DNA of 64,000 nt from an uncultured archaeon. Its GTDB lineage: Archaea > Asgardarchaeota > Thorarchaeia > Thorarchaeales > Thorarchaeaceae. Every line of letters starts with the position of its first letter. Position 1 is the first letter of the stretch. The notes beneath the pieces are model-generated. The model was not told where the DNA came from. It saw only the letters and a program-made list of their open reading frames with translations, and did no database searches. Both the position numbers and the translations under genes were made by a program. This document shows, piece by piece, positions 54,973 through 64,000 of the stretch. The stretch lies in the NCBI GenBank assembly GCA_964558645.1, contig CAZLEV010000001.1, forward strand, positions 93,568 through 157,567, in the 5' to 3' direction.

Positions 54973-56325
54973 CTATGAGAAGTCTGCCTGCTCAATCACA
55001 CCTAGGACTTGCTCATTCCATTTCTCAAGACCGTTTGGCCTTAGGGGATAGTTTTCGTAGAGATTCGCGATTTTCTTCATGAGGCTTGCGGCCTTCTGTA
55101 TTTTCATGAGAAGTCGGATGTTCTTGATTCCTCTTTGGAACCGTTTGAGTTTCTCCAATGGACCCATTGAGAATCCTTCTCCCCTGTTGGCGTTCATCAA
55201 GTCGTCAGCCTCAAGTAAACGCTTCTCAAAACCGAAATCCATCTCTTCATCCGAAACTTGCTGCAAAAGTCTTCTGAATATCTCTAGCGATGCCAACCGA
55301 CTTCCGAAGTCAGAAAGATATCTCGTATTGTATGTCCATAGTCCTTTTGCAGTTGGGTTTCTTCCTGCAATCGCCTCTTTGGCCACTTCTCCCAGTATGG
55401 TTCCGGCTCTCATCCCAGCTCCAATTCCGCCTCCATGAATGGGGTTGGTCTGCAGCGCCGCGTCGCCGACGAATGCTACGCCGTCACCGACAAGACTCAT
55501 CATCGGTCGTCTCACGGGGACTGCTCCACCGGAACTCTCCAATACTTCACTCCCCTCAAACAACGGATACTCCTTCTTGAATTCCAAGAAATGGGATTTC
55601 GGTGAACCCCTCCCCTTGCCTCCACAAACTCCGACACCCACATTAACTTCCTCGACGCCCTTTGGAAACATCCAGGCGTATCCTCCGGGCGCAATGTCCC
55701 CCCCAAGGAACACTCGGGCAACTTCTGGCTCTCGAAGAGGCTCACTCAGCTTCAGTATCTCCCTGTAACAGAGGGCAACATCCTCTTTGTCTATTTCTTT
55801 CTCTACATATGGATGATCAATCTTATTGCGGAGGACCGCAGCAAAGCCGCTTGCATCAATCACAAGCTTCGAATACACTCTGTGGTCTTCTCTTGTTTTC
55901 AAGTCTTGGTATGCAATTCCCACCACTTGCTCAGATCTCAGTATTGGTTCTTTTACATGGCAATCAGGATAGAAGTATACTCCGGCTAGTATCGCTTCTT
56001 GAAGCAATCTTTGGCCAAACTTCCATCTGTCAACTGTCCATCCATCGAAGTCCTTCCATCCCCGAACCCGCAGTTCGTTGGACAGACTGGGTGGATATAC
56101 ATCGGCGCCTGCTATGACTGTGGATATCTCCTCTCCGCCTGGATAGTCGATACCTGTGGCCTCAAAATGAGATTTACTTATCTCATCCCCACAGACCTTT
56201 GATCCAACTCGCTCTCGTGGCTTTCTGTCAAGCATGAGTGTTCTAAGACCCATTTCGCAACACCTGCGAGCTGTGACACAACCTGCAGAGCCTGCTCCAA
56301 CAACAACGACATCTGGATGCTTCAA
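54973..56325 (-). CDS. Geranylgeranyl reductase family (archaeal lipid saturation)
   Basis: GAGSAG, KVCGD, IDASG, APGGYAWMFPKG, GDAA, NPIHGGGI. Confidence 0.9.
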   Translation of the reverse strand: MKHPDVVVVGAGSAGCVTARRCCEMGLRTLMLDRKPRERVGSKVCGDEISKSHFEATGIDYPGGEEISTVIAGADVYPPSLSNELRVRGWKDFDGWTVDRWKFGQRLLQEAILAGVYFYPDCHVKEPILRSEQVVGIAYQDLKTREDHRVYSKLVIDASGFAAVLRNKIDHPYVEKEIDKEDVALCYREILKLSEPLREPEVARVFLGGDIAPGGYAWMFPKGVEEVNVGVGVCGGKGRGSPKSHFLEFKKEYPLFEGSEVLESSGGAVPVRRPMMSLVGDGVAFVGDAALQTNPIHGGGIGAGMRAGTILGEVAKEAIAGRNPTAKGLWTYNTRYLSDFGSRLASLEIFRRLLQQVSDEEMDFGFEKRLLEADDLMNANRGEGFSMGPLEKLKRFQRGIKNIRLLMKIQKAASLMKKIANLYENYPLRPNGLEKWNEQVLGVIEQADFS

Positions 56326-56498
56326 TTTTGGTCACGAGTGCAATAGTTGCCGTAGATATAAATCCGACTTCTAAGATGGCCTCCTTGTCTCCTATGTTGG
56401 TTCGGTTATGTCCCTGTGGGTAAGCGATAGCTGGGGGTTAACCTGAGTCCTGCACAAGTGTTATCAAGGCTTTTGGGTCCAGGCCGAGTTGGTTGAGT

Positions 56499-57800
56499 AT
56501 GCCTAGTCTGGTTATCCTCGGTCTGCAATGGGGCGATGAAGGAAAGGGGAAGATTGTGGATTATTTGTCCGGCGAATTTGACATCATCGTTAGATTCCAA
56601 GGGGGGAATAATGCAGGACATACTGTCAAGATTCGGGATAGCACATACCGCCTCAGGTTAATTCCAACCGGTGCTATCCGGGGAAAGAGAGTCGTCATAG
56701 GAAATGGGGTGGTCGTGGATCCGCGCACATTGTTAGATGAAATCTCTGATCTCAGGAAAGCAGGTATCACTGTTGATCTCCTATTGAGTAATAGAGCGCA
56801 CATAACCACTCCTTATCATGTCAAGATTGATGAGCTTCAGGAGCTCGAGAAGGGAGAAACCCAGATTGGTACAACGAAGAGAGGCATCGGTCCAACATAT
56901 TCGAACAAGATAGACAGAATCGGTCTGAGAGTTGCCGACTTCTTGATAGAGCCATCGGAGTCAGTTGATGGATTTCGAGAATCGATATCTGCGAAAGTCG
57001 CTGCTCTATTCGGCATCGAAGTGACAGACGAGCTCAAGAATGAATATGAGCTGTGCTGTACACTTGTGCGATCTCTTGAGCCGCATATTGGCGATACAGG
57101 GGAGTATCTGAGAGCGGCGATACAGAGAGGTGAACGCGTGCTTTTCGAAGGCGCTCAGGGAACTATGCTCGACATAGATCACGGAACCTATCCATTTGTG
57201 ACATCTTCCAACTGCAGTATAGGGGGTGTTCCAACTGGAACTGGCGTTCCCCTATCTCAAGTTGGTTCGGTTCTTGGGGTCGCGAAGGCATATGTTACAA
57301 GAGTAGGGACCGGACCGTTTCCCACCGAACTGCACGACAGTGTTGGTAAGGCTATTCAAGCACGAGGGAAGGAATTCGGTACAGTCACAGGCAGACCAAG
57401 GCGGTGTGGCTGGCTTGACTTAGTAGCTCTAAGATATGCAGTAGCGCTGAATGATGCACGCCATCTTGCAATCACCAAGATAGACGTGCTTTCTGGCTTA
57501 TCAAAACTGAAAGTCTGCACAGGCTACGAATTGAGTGGTTCAGAGATTTCGTCCATCCCTGCACATGCAGACCAGTACGAATCAGTAGAACCCATCTATG
57601 AAGAAGTGAAGGGGTGGGCTGCTCCTGAGGAGGGGCACTGGACTCGGGTCTTGGAAGGTGGGCCTGATTCTTTGCCGGCCAATCTCCTCGAGTATGTGGA
57701 ACTGATCGAGAGATTCACCAAGTCAGAAGTGAAACTGCTTTCATTCGGGCCGAAGCGAGAAGAAACCTTGGTCCTAGATGAGAAATGGTTTCAAGACTAG
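56499..57800 (+). CDS. purA: Adenylosuccinate synthetase (long form)
   Basis: QWGDEGKGK, GGNNAGHT, EGAQG, TYPFVTSS, GTVTGRPRRCGWLD. Confidence 0.98.
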   Translation: MPSLVILGLQWGDEGKGKIVDYLSGEFDIIVRFQGGNNAGHTVKIRDSTYRLRLIPTGAIRGKRVVIGNGVVVDPRTLLDEISDLRKAGITVDLLLSNRAHITTPYHVKIDELQELEKGETQIGTTKRGIGPTYSNKIDRIGLRVADFLIEPSESVDGFRESISAKVAALFGIEVTDELKNEYELCCTLVRSLEPHIGDTGEYLRAAIQRGERVLFEGAQGTMLDIDHGTYPFVTSSNCSIGGVPTGTGVPLSQVGSVLGVAKAYVTRVGTGPFPTELHDSVGKAIQARGKEFGTVTGRPRRCGWLDLVALRYAVALNDARHLAITKIDVLSGLSKLKVCTGYELSGSEISSIPAHADQYESVEPIYEEVKGWAAPEEGHWTRVLEGGPDSLPANLLEYVELIERFTKSEVKLLSFGPKREETLVLDEKWFQD

Positions 57801-58342
57801 ATGTGTTTGAACTCGATTATCACTATTGACAAGATGACCATTAGTACTATCAGAAGCAGGATTGGAGGCGTCCAGTTCAGAAAGAGCTCGAAGTATCCAA
57901 CGATTGTTGATGGGTCAAGCGCGATAACAACGAGGTGGGCATAGATCAGAAGGAACCCATAGACTGCGAATATGGGATAGAATACTGGTCCGCCACTAAT
58001 GACTAGAAGCAGAACGAGTAGTGCAAGACGACTTTTGGTTGGATCAAGAAGTGAGACCGGTATTATTTCATCATCATCGAACTGGAAGTAGTAGCTCGGA
58101 AGAAACGTTGGTTTCCTAACCCGTAGTAGTTCGAGTATCTGCACTCCCAGTTGCACTGATAGGAGTGCGAAGGTATGCACAAGCATATAGCCCAAGATTA
58201 GGGCATTGAGTATCGGCAAGTCCTCTTGAAAGATTTGGAAGCTATCAACAACACCAACAAGAACACAGAAATTGATGACAAAAAGGGCCATATGCCCGAA
58301 CGCACCTCTTATTATCTGGGCCCTTTCTGGCATTTGAATCAA
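57797..58342 (-). CDS. Hypothetical four-TM membrane protein
   Basis: Four hydrophobic segments; 17 nt downstream of the co-oriented Rab-like GTPase. Confidence 0.75.
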   Translation of the reverse strand: MIQMPERAQIIRGAFGHMALFVINFCVLVGVVDSFQIFQEDLPILNALILGYMLVHTFALLSVQLGVQILELLRVRKPTFLPSYYFQFDDDEIIPVSLLDPTKSRLALLVLLLVISGGPVFYPIFAVYGFLLIYAHLVVIALDPSTIVGYFELFLNWTPPILLLIVLMVILSIVIIEFKHI

Positions 58343-58359
58343 TCCGCTTGTCCTTCGAG

Positions 58360-58962
58360 CTAGGTCATCTTGGATGGTTTTCCGGGAGTTACTGGTCCGG
58401 TTTGCTTCTTCCCGGATTGACGTGCCTGTTTCTGCTTTTCAATTGCCCTTTGCACAAGGTCTGTGAACAAGTCGTTAACATTCTCACCAGTCTTGGCTGA
58501 TGTTTCATAGTGCATAACATCCAGCCATTTCTTGACCATCTCTCCTGCCTCAGGTGGCACAAGTCTATCCGGACGGTCTATCTTGTTTGCGACAACCGTT
58601 ACAACGGCATTAGGGCAAACTGCAACAAACTTGGTGAACCACTCACCTATGTCCAAGAAGGTCTGAGGACGCGTCACGTCGTATACGATTATCGCCATCG
58701 AGGCGCCAGCCATGTATCGTCTTCTGAGCTCATTGTAGGTGGGCTGGCCAGCGAGGTCCCAGAGTACCACACGAGCTGTGACATCACTACCATCGGGCAT
58801 TTCCAGACTCACTGTTTTTAGCGCGAAGGTCGTGCCGATGGTCATGATGTAGCGTTCGCTGAAGCTGTCCTCAGTGTATCGCTTGATGCAGCTTGTCTTG
58901 CCGACGGCCCCATCTCCCAGGGCAACAAGCTTGAACATGTGCGATATCTCTTTTGTGGACAT
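58360..58962 (-). CDS. Rab-like small GTPase (copy 1)
   Basis: GDGAVGKT, TIG, WDLAGQ, NKID, ETSAK; ATG 58962 with GAGGT upstream; basic C-terminal tail without Cys. Confidence 0.93.
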   Translation of the reverse strand: MSTKEISHMFKLVALGDGAVGKTSCIKRYTEDSFSERYIMTIGTTFALKTVSLEMPDGSDVTARVVLWDLAGQPTYNELRRRYMAGASMAIIVYDVTRPQTFLDIGEWFTKFVAVCPNAVVTVVANKIDRPDRLVPPEAGEMVKKWLDVMHYETSAKTGENVNDLFTDLVQRAIEKQKQARQSGKKQTGPVTPGKPSKMT

Positions 58963-59392
58963 CTTGATAACGACCTCTGGTACACTGCCTCGAAAGAAAC
59001 CATATGTCCATTTAATGATTCTGGGAATGTCCTCCCAGCAATATTTCACGGTGAATGTCGCATGTATTCACCAGCACACCTCTCTAGGGAATTCCTCCAT
59101 AAGGGTTCGGCTCGGGTGTCACCTTCTTCAAACACGCAATAGACACCGTTCATTGTGTGTTGGATAAACTTGAGCACCACAGAATTGCCCCCAGATAACG
59201 GCATTGGTGGTTTCTGTCGTGGTCAGCGATACTTTGTGAGCGACCAGCTCTCAGTCATGGGCCGGATGATACAGACTCCTGCGCTGAAATGTCCAACTTT
59301 GTCCACGTTTTCCGTAACTGTTGGTATATCCTCAAAGCTTTTTTCTACTAAGTGTGCATGTCTGACATGACGATCATAGCAGGTGAAGTCCT

Positions 59393-60136
59393 ATGGCAGA
59401 GCAGTTTCTAAACAAGCTAAATGAGATTGAGAAGAGCATAGATTCTCTTGGTGATACCCTGAAACGCATGATTACGATACTCTCCACACTCAATGAGATC
59501 AAGTCGGAGGTGCGGGTTTCGAAGGAGGAAATCATCAATCGGATGCAGCAGATTTCTTCTCAGTCTACGGATACCACCACCGAAGAGGCAACTCAGAAGT
59601 TGACTGCTGAAGTTCAGTCTGTGAAAGAGGAGCTGATTTCTGTTGTCTCTGGTATGGGGGCTTCACAGTCGGGCGTATCGCGGGAAGAAGTAAACGAGAT
59701 AGTCAAGTCAGAGATCGATGAGTTAGGCAAGTTCATCATCGAAGGCATCGAAGACATGAAAGAAGACTTGATTGTGGCACTGAAGTCAGCTCCTGCGGCG
59801 GTTGCAGCACCACGCGTAGAATCTCAGGGAGAAACAGCTCCCGTGGCCTCTGACGCGAGTCTTGCTCCTGATCGTGCAATGAAGATTGCTGATCAGCTCC
59901 AGGTGATCTTGGATTCACTGAAAATGGGGTGTGTCGCGGGGGACGTTCTGGAAACCATGAATGAGGCCAAGTCCAGCATCATGAATATCGTGCCGAGCGA
60001 CCCAATCATGGTTAAGATTGACAAGTGGGCCGGCGTCGTAAAAACATATTCAAAGAGACACGAGCTGCAGGCACGTGACATTCTGAAACTGAAAAAGGAC
60101 CTACGTGAAGAGATCTCGAAGTATAGACCCGCCTAG
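59393..60136 (+). CDS. Hypothetical coiled-coil protein with a C-terminal helical domain
   Basis: AGGTGA SD; heptad-rich N-terminal half, Ala/Pro linker. Confidence 0.8.
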   Translation: MAEQFLNKLNEIEKSIDSLGDTLKRMITILSTLNEIKSEVRVSKEEIINRMQQISSQSTDTTTEEATQKLTAEVQSVKEELISVVSGMGASQSGVSREEVNEIVKSEIDELGKFIIEGIEDMKEDLIVALKSAPAAVAAPRVESQGETAPVASDASLAPDRAMKIADQLQVILDSLKMGCVAGDVLETMNEAKSSIMNIVPSDPIMVKIDKWAGVVKTYSKRHELQARDILKLKKDLREEISKYRPA

Positions 60137-60537
60137 TCTTCGGAAGCTCCACCCGCAATCATCTTCATAGTTGCAAGTACACGAATCAGGTCTGTTGCAG
60201 TGACTATTCCTATCGTCTGATCACCGTCTACAACAGGAAGGTGTTTCTTCCCTGTTCTATCCATCAGGGCGATGGCCTGCCAGAGGTCTGCCTCAGGAGA
60301 TATGCTGACCACCTGAGTCGTCATGATATCGCCCAGTCTGAGCCCCTTGTAGGCTTCCGGAGATAGTAGCTGTGAAGATATGAGATCTCTTTGAGTCACA
60401 ATGCCAACCATCGTATCTCCCTTGGTGATAACAAGACTACCGATGTCTTCAGCTGCCAAGAGCTTGGCGGCATCCGAAACTTGCATCGATATATCTGAAG
60501 TCACCAGAACAGACGTCATGAATTCTCTCACTTGCAT
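60133..60537 (-). CDS. Stand-alone CBS-pair protein
   Basis: VREFMT...IGSLVI...GIVTQRDL; DIMT...HLPVV...GIVTATDL. Confidence 0.92.
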   Translation of the reverse strand: MQVREFMTSVLVTSDISMQVSDAAKLLAAEDIGSLVITKGDTMVGIVTQRDLISSQLLSPEAYKGLRLGDIMTTQVVSISPEADLWQAIALMDRTGKKHLPVVDGDQTIGIVTATDLIRVLATMKMIAGGASED

Positions 60538-60571
60538 CGTCTATATGCTCCCGTCCGTAAAACTACCGTAA

Positions 60572-61177
60572 CTACATTTCAGTATCACGTTGCTCTTCTA
60601 ACTTCTTCTCCAGAATCAAAGTCGCTATCTCTCGAAATACATCTGCTACGGCCGTTCCAGTCTTCGCTGAGGTCTCGTAATAGGGTGCTTGGAACCAGTT
60701 TCTCAGCATGTGTCCTGGTTCAATTGGAACCATCCTCTCTTCTTCAAGATCTGTCTTATTGGCGGCCAATACCACTTCTGCGTCTGGACAAGTTTCTCTG
60801 AATGACTCAAACCAATTGTTCATTGCCATGAATGTTTCGGGCCTGGTAACATCATAGACAACAACCGCGCCTGCAGCTCCCTTCATGAACTGTCTTCGGA
60901 GTTCCCTGTATGTTTCCTGCCCTGCCATATCCCAGATTACAAGACGCACATTTCTGGTTTCTTCATCTTCTGATGTAACAGATACATCCTTGCTGGCAAA
61001 GGTTGTGCCGATGGTCTGTTTATACTCCTCATCGAAGACATTCTCAGTGAACCGCCTCAAGACCGATGTCTTGCCAACTCTTGCATCACCAAGAAGCACA
61101 ACCCGGAACTTGAATCCATCAAAACCTCCGTCCTCGGTGGGGCTTTTGCTGGTAGAGCTGGAATTCCCTGATGTCAT
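60572..61177 (-). CDS. Rab-like small GTPase (copy 2)
   Basis: GDARVGKT, TIG, WDMAGQE, NKTD, ETSAK; no C-terminal Cys. Confidence 0.93.
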   Translation of the reverse strand: MTSGNSSSTSKSPTEDGGFDGFKFRVVLLGDARVGKTSVLRRFTENVFDEEYKQTIGTTFASKDVSVTSEDEETRNVRLVIWDMAGQETYRELRRQFMKGAAGAVVVYDVTRPETFMAMNNWFESFRETCPDAEVVLAANKTDLEEERMVPIEPGHMLRNWFQAPYYETSAKTGTAVADVFREIATLILEKKLEEQRDTEM

Positions 61178-61297
61178 CCGTTTGCACCTCTGCTGGTTGG
61201 CTCGTTATCTCCGCTTACCCATATTCGAAAAGGATGTCTATCTTATATGTTTTCTTCGCAGTTTCTACCGGCACACGTAGGGCTCACCAATCGTGGT

Positions 61298-62959
61298 TTA
61301 CCATGCTCCATTCTCAGGTAGATGCATCTCGAAGGCCACCACCGGGTTTCCTATCTCGAAATTCGTTAGAACTGTGGGATCTATTTCTCCCGCAATGCCC
61401 ACATCTTCTTCGTCTATCAGTATTCTGGCTGAACGTCCTGTGATGAAAGACGAATCTCTACATGGTGTGAACCTGAAGCGTCCTTCAAGTCCCATTCCCC
61501 TCAGAACAAATGCCAACTCGCGAAGCAATTCGGTCACGTCAACTCTGTTGTTCGTAGTCATTGCACAGAGCGCAGTGAGTTGGCGTGTTCTAGTCTCTGT
61601 GTGTTGGTCGGGCAGGACAATGTCCCCCACCTCAAAAACCTTCTGAGGATAGTCTGCGTGTTGGTTTCTTGCAGCAAAATCAAGAATGACAGGGAGTAGT
61701 GAGTTTCTAAGAACCGAGAAGTCTCTACTCTTCGGATTTGCTGTACTTACATACGGTGTATACCTTTCCATCTTCAGATTGAGGACTTCTGGTGATGTCA
61801 TAACATAGCTCATGACTTCTTGGTAACCCACGCCTACCATTAGATCTCGGCCTTTGTTCTTCAACCGAGTCATCGTACGCAACGCTCCAATGGTCATGGT
61901 CTCCGGCAGTGTTGGCCTTATGTTATCAAAGCCGTATCCTATGGCAACATCTTCGATGATGTCAACAGGATGTAGAACGTCTACTCTAAACGCAGGAACC
62001 TTGACTTTAGCAGTTCCCTTATTCACCTTTGCACCGTAGCACATCCTTCTCAGACTCTCTCTGATCTCCTTATATGTCAGTTCAAGTCCTAGTAGCTGTC
62101 TGATCTGCTCCACATCAACCTCCATGTCCCTCGGGTCGAGGACTGGTGTGTGCGTAGTATTTCCATCAGGATATGCTACCTCGACAGATTCTATCCTCCC
62201 CCCACGTTCGGCCAGAGAAGTAGTCATGATATTGAGACACTGCTCTACCGTAGGTAGGTGCGTTCCTGTCACCTCGACAAAGATGTTTTTTGTGTCCTCG
62301 GAGATTTTTCCAAGGTCATTGCTGTTGATAATCGGGGGGAGACTCAGAATCTTACCTGCATTATCCGCTAACAGTGGCCACCTATCGAAGTCAGAGATGA
62401 TATGTCCAAATTCGATTCCCTTCTCATGCTTCTTCAGTATTGTTGGGCCGTCCATCGGTTCGTCGTGACCTAGTGGAATAAACTTGATTTTTTCAGAGTC
62501 CTCTGTACCATAATACACAGGGAAGTCAAGCTCGTCGTGTACGTAGAGTCCAATACTGGCCTTGCATCGATTCCGACCATGAGTTGATGTCAGCAGCTCC
62601 TGAAGACGCATATACTCTTTGATGAGCTGGTCACTTGTTTCTACATCTTTCACTATGCCACAGGCAATGTACTTCCTGATCTTCTCTAGTCCTCTCTCGA
62701 CGACTATCTTTTTTCCGGAGCCCTTGACCGGGAACTTGGGTAGACCTGGGCTGATGTCAAGGAATGCCCGCAATGCTCGTGCAATTCCCTCCGTGGAAAG
62801 CATGTCCTGTCTATCGGGGTTCACCTCAATGTCTATCGTTCCGTCGCCGAAACCTTCCACTTCGGATTTGAGGAGAAACAGCTTTTCTTCGAGCTGCTCT
62901 TCTGTAATCTTTCGGCCGATGAGCTTCAGGAGACTCTCAAGGATACATGTTACAATCAT
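61298..62959 (-). CDS. pheT: Phenylalanyl-tRNA synthetase beta subunit (archaeal type)
   Basis: NPDRQDMLS, SLPPIINS, DVLHPVDIIEDVAIGYG, LRNSLLP. Confidence 0.97.
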   Translation of the reverse strand: MIVTCILESLLKLIGRKITEEQLEEKLFLLKSEVEGFGDGTIDIEVNPDRQDMLSTEGIARALRAFLDISPGLPKFPVKGSGKKIVVERGLEKIRKYIACGIVKDVETSDQLIKEYMRLQELLTSTHGRNRCKASIGLYVHDELDFPVYYGTEDSEKIKFIPLGHDEPMDGPTILKKHEKGIEFGHIISDFDRWPLLADNAGKILSLPPIINSNDLGKISEDTKNIFVEVTGTHLPTVEQCLNIMTTSLAERGGRIESVEVAYPDGNTTHTPVLDPRDMEVDVEQIRQLLGLELTYKEIRESLRRMCYGAKVNKGTAKVKVPAFRVDVLHPVDIIEDVAIGYGFDNIRPTLPETMTIGALRTMTRLKNKGRDLMVGVGYQEVMSYVMTSPEVLNLKMERYTPYVSTANPKSRDFSVLRNSLLPVILDFAARNQHADYPQKVFEVGDIVLPDQHTETRTRQLTALCAMTTNNRVDVTELLRELAFVLRGMGLEGRFRFTPCRDSSFITGRSARILIDEEDVGIAGEIDPTVLTNFEIGNPVVAFEMHLPENGAW

Positions 62960-62965
62960 CTAGAT

Positions 62966-64000
62966 TCACCTCGTGAAATACTTCCTTCTTATCCAATTCA
63001 GGTCTCGACTGAACACATTCCTAATATCATCGATATCCATGGCCGCCATGTACATTCGGCTTGCTCCTAGCCCCCATGCCAACACTGTTTCTTTGATTCC
63101 CAAGGGATGGGTGACCTCTGGCCTGAAGATGCCTCCAGGTGCTACCTCAATCCAACCAAGTTTCTCGTGTTTTGCATACCCTTCGACGCTTGGTTCAGTG
63201 AATGGGAACTGTCCAGGTTTGAACCTCAGCTTCTTAATTCCCACGCTCTTGCATATCTCTCGGATATAGCCCATCAGGTCCCTCAACGTGAGCCCCTCGT
63301 CCCATATGATGCCTTCGCACTGGTCGAACTCTTGCCCATGGGTTGCACTGAGTGTTTCGGATCTGAAGTTGCGGTCGATGATGAACATCTTATGCGGAGG
63401 CTCGGCGTGGGTTGCCAAGTATCTGGCGGACACAGGTGTTGTGTGCGATCTCAAGCAGAGCCTTGTTGCAATCTCTCTGCTGAATGCGGCCTGCCACCCC
63501 GTAGAACCCGTGTTTCCTCCATCTTCATGAACTTCCTTGACTTGTTCGAAGTGATGTTCGTCAGGTATATCTCCATGGTCATAGGGTTCGTCTACGCGGA
63601 ACTGATCCTGTACTTCTCGGGCTACGTGGTCTTGAGGTACGAACAGCACGTCATTGTTCCAGAATTCAGTTTCAACATAAGGTCCCCACCATTCTGTGAA
63701 TCCAAGACTGATGAGCTCCTCCTTAAGCCAGTCAACGAATTCAGCATATGGATGTTTCCTACCTGCATTGATCGGTGGTGGAATGATCTCCATGTTGTAA
63801 GGTTTGAATCTCTTGCCTTGCCACTCTCGTGATGCAAGCATCCTTGGAGTCAGACTGAGTATATCTTCCTCTTCCGAACCAATCAGTGTTTCAGCTTTAG
63901 ATTTGTCAATCGCCAGAGAAGCAACGAATACCTTCTCTATGCTGGTTTCAACAAGGGTTCTTCCTTGGGCCTGGCGTAGCCCTTTTAGAAGCCCTTTTTC
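62966..64000 (-). CDS. pheS: Phenylalanyl-tRNA synthetase alpha subunit (5' part outside the window)
   Basis: FWNNDVLFVPQDHVARE, LRSHTT, FPFTEPSVE, GIFRPE, AWGLG; frame stays open to position 64000. Confidence 0.97.
   Translation of the reverse strand, partial: EKGLLKGLRQAQGRTLVETSIEKVFVASLAIDKSKAETLIGSEEEDILSLTPRMLASREWQGKRFKPYNMEIIPPPINAGRKHPYAEFVDWLKEELISLGFTEWWGPYVETEFWNNDVLFVPQDHVAREVQDQFRVDEPYDHGDIPDEHHFEQVKEVHEDGGNTGSTGWQAAFSREIATRLCLRSHTTPVSARYLATHAEPPHKMFIIDRNFRSETLSATHGQEFDQCEGIIWDEGLTLRDLMGYIREICKSVGIKKLRFKPGQFPFTEPSVEGYAKHEKLGWIEVAPGGIFRPEVTHPLGIKETVLAWGLGASRMYMAAMDIDDIRNVFSRDLNWIRRKYFTR

Noticed and set aside
1-64000. tRNA, rRNA, transposase, integrase, inteins in RadA/Top6
   Set aside because: No cloverleaf, rRNA-like tract or recombinase motif was seen, and the Top6 extensions lack intein terminal motifs. 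A short or intron-split tRNA could be missed by eye.

Overview
Gene-dense (~50% GC) archaeal chromosomal segment, most likely from an Asgard archaeon (Thorarchaeia-like; inferred from two Rab-like GTPases, a Roadblock/LC7 protein, archaeal radA/top6AB/pheST/cofE/geranylgeranyl reductase and a bacterial-type grpE-dnaK-dnaJ operon). I found no rRNA, tRNA, CRISPR array or mobile element. The window runs from a truncated serC, through a proteolysis block (tldD-pmbA and three membrane-anchored S8 subtilases) and chaperone, transport and metabolic genes, to top6B-top6A, radA, purA, a Rab-like GTPase pair and pheT/pheS. Strongest leads: (1) the S8 protease at 14975-17866 matches the motifs and domain order of eukaryotic Site-1 protease (MBTPS1/SKI-1); (2) a ~330-nt ORF-free, promoter-preceded, highly structured RNA at ~42123-42454 with repeated GTGGTCAGG segments and mutually exclusive pairings, directly upstream of an MFS transporter; (3) Top6A/Spo11 with four tandem RadA-N-like HhH domains; (4) radA apparently starting at a non-canonical ATT codon; (5) a three-way-junction leader before a 1596-aa surface protease. 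All family calls come from motifs read by eye; no searches or folding programs were run.
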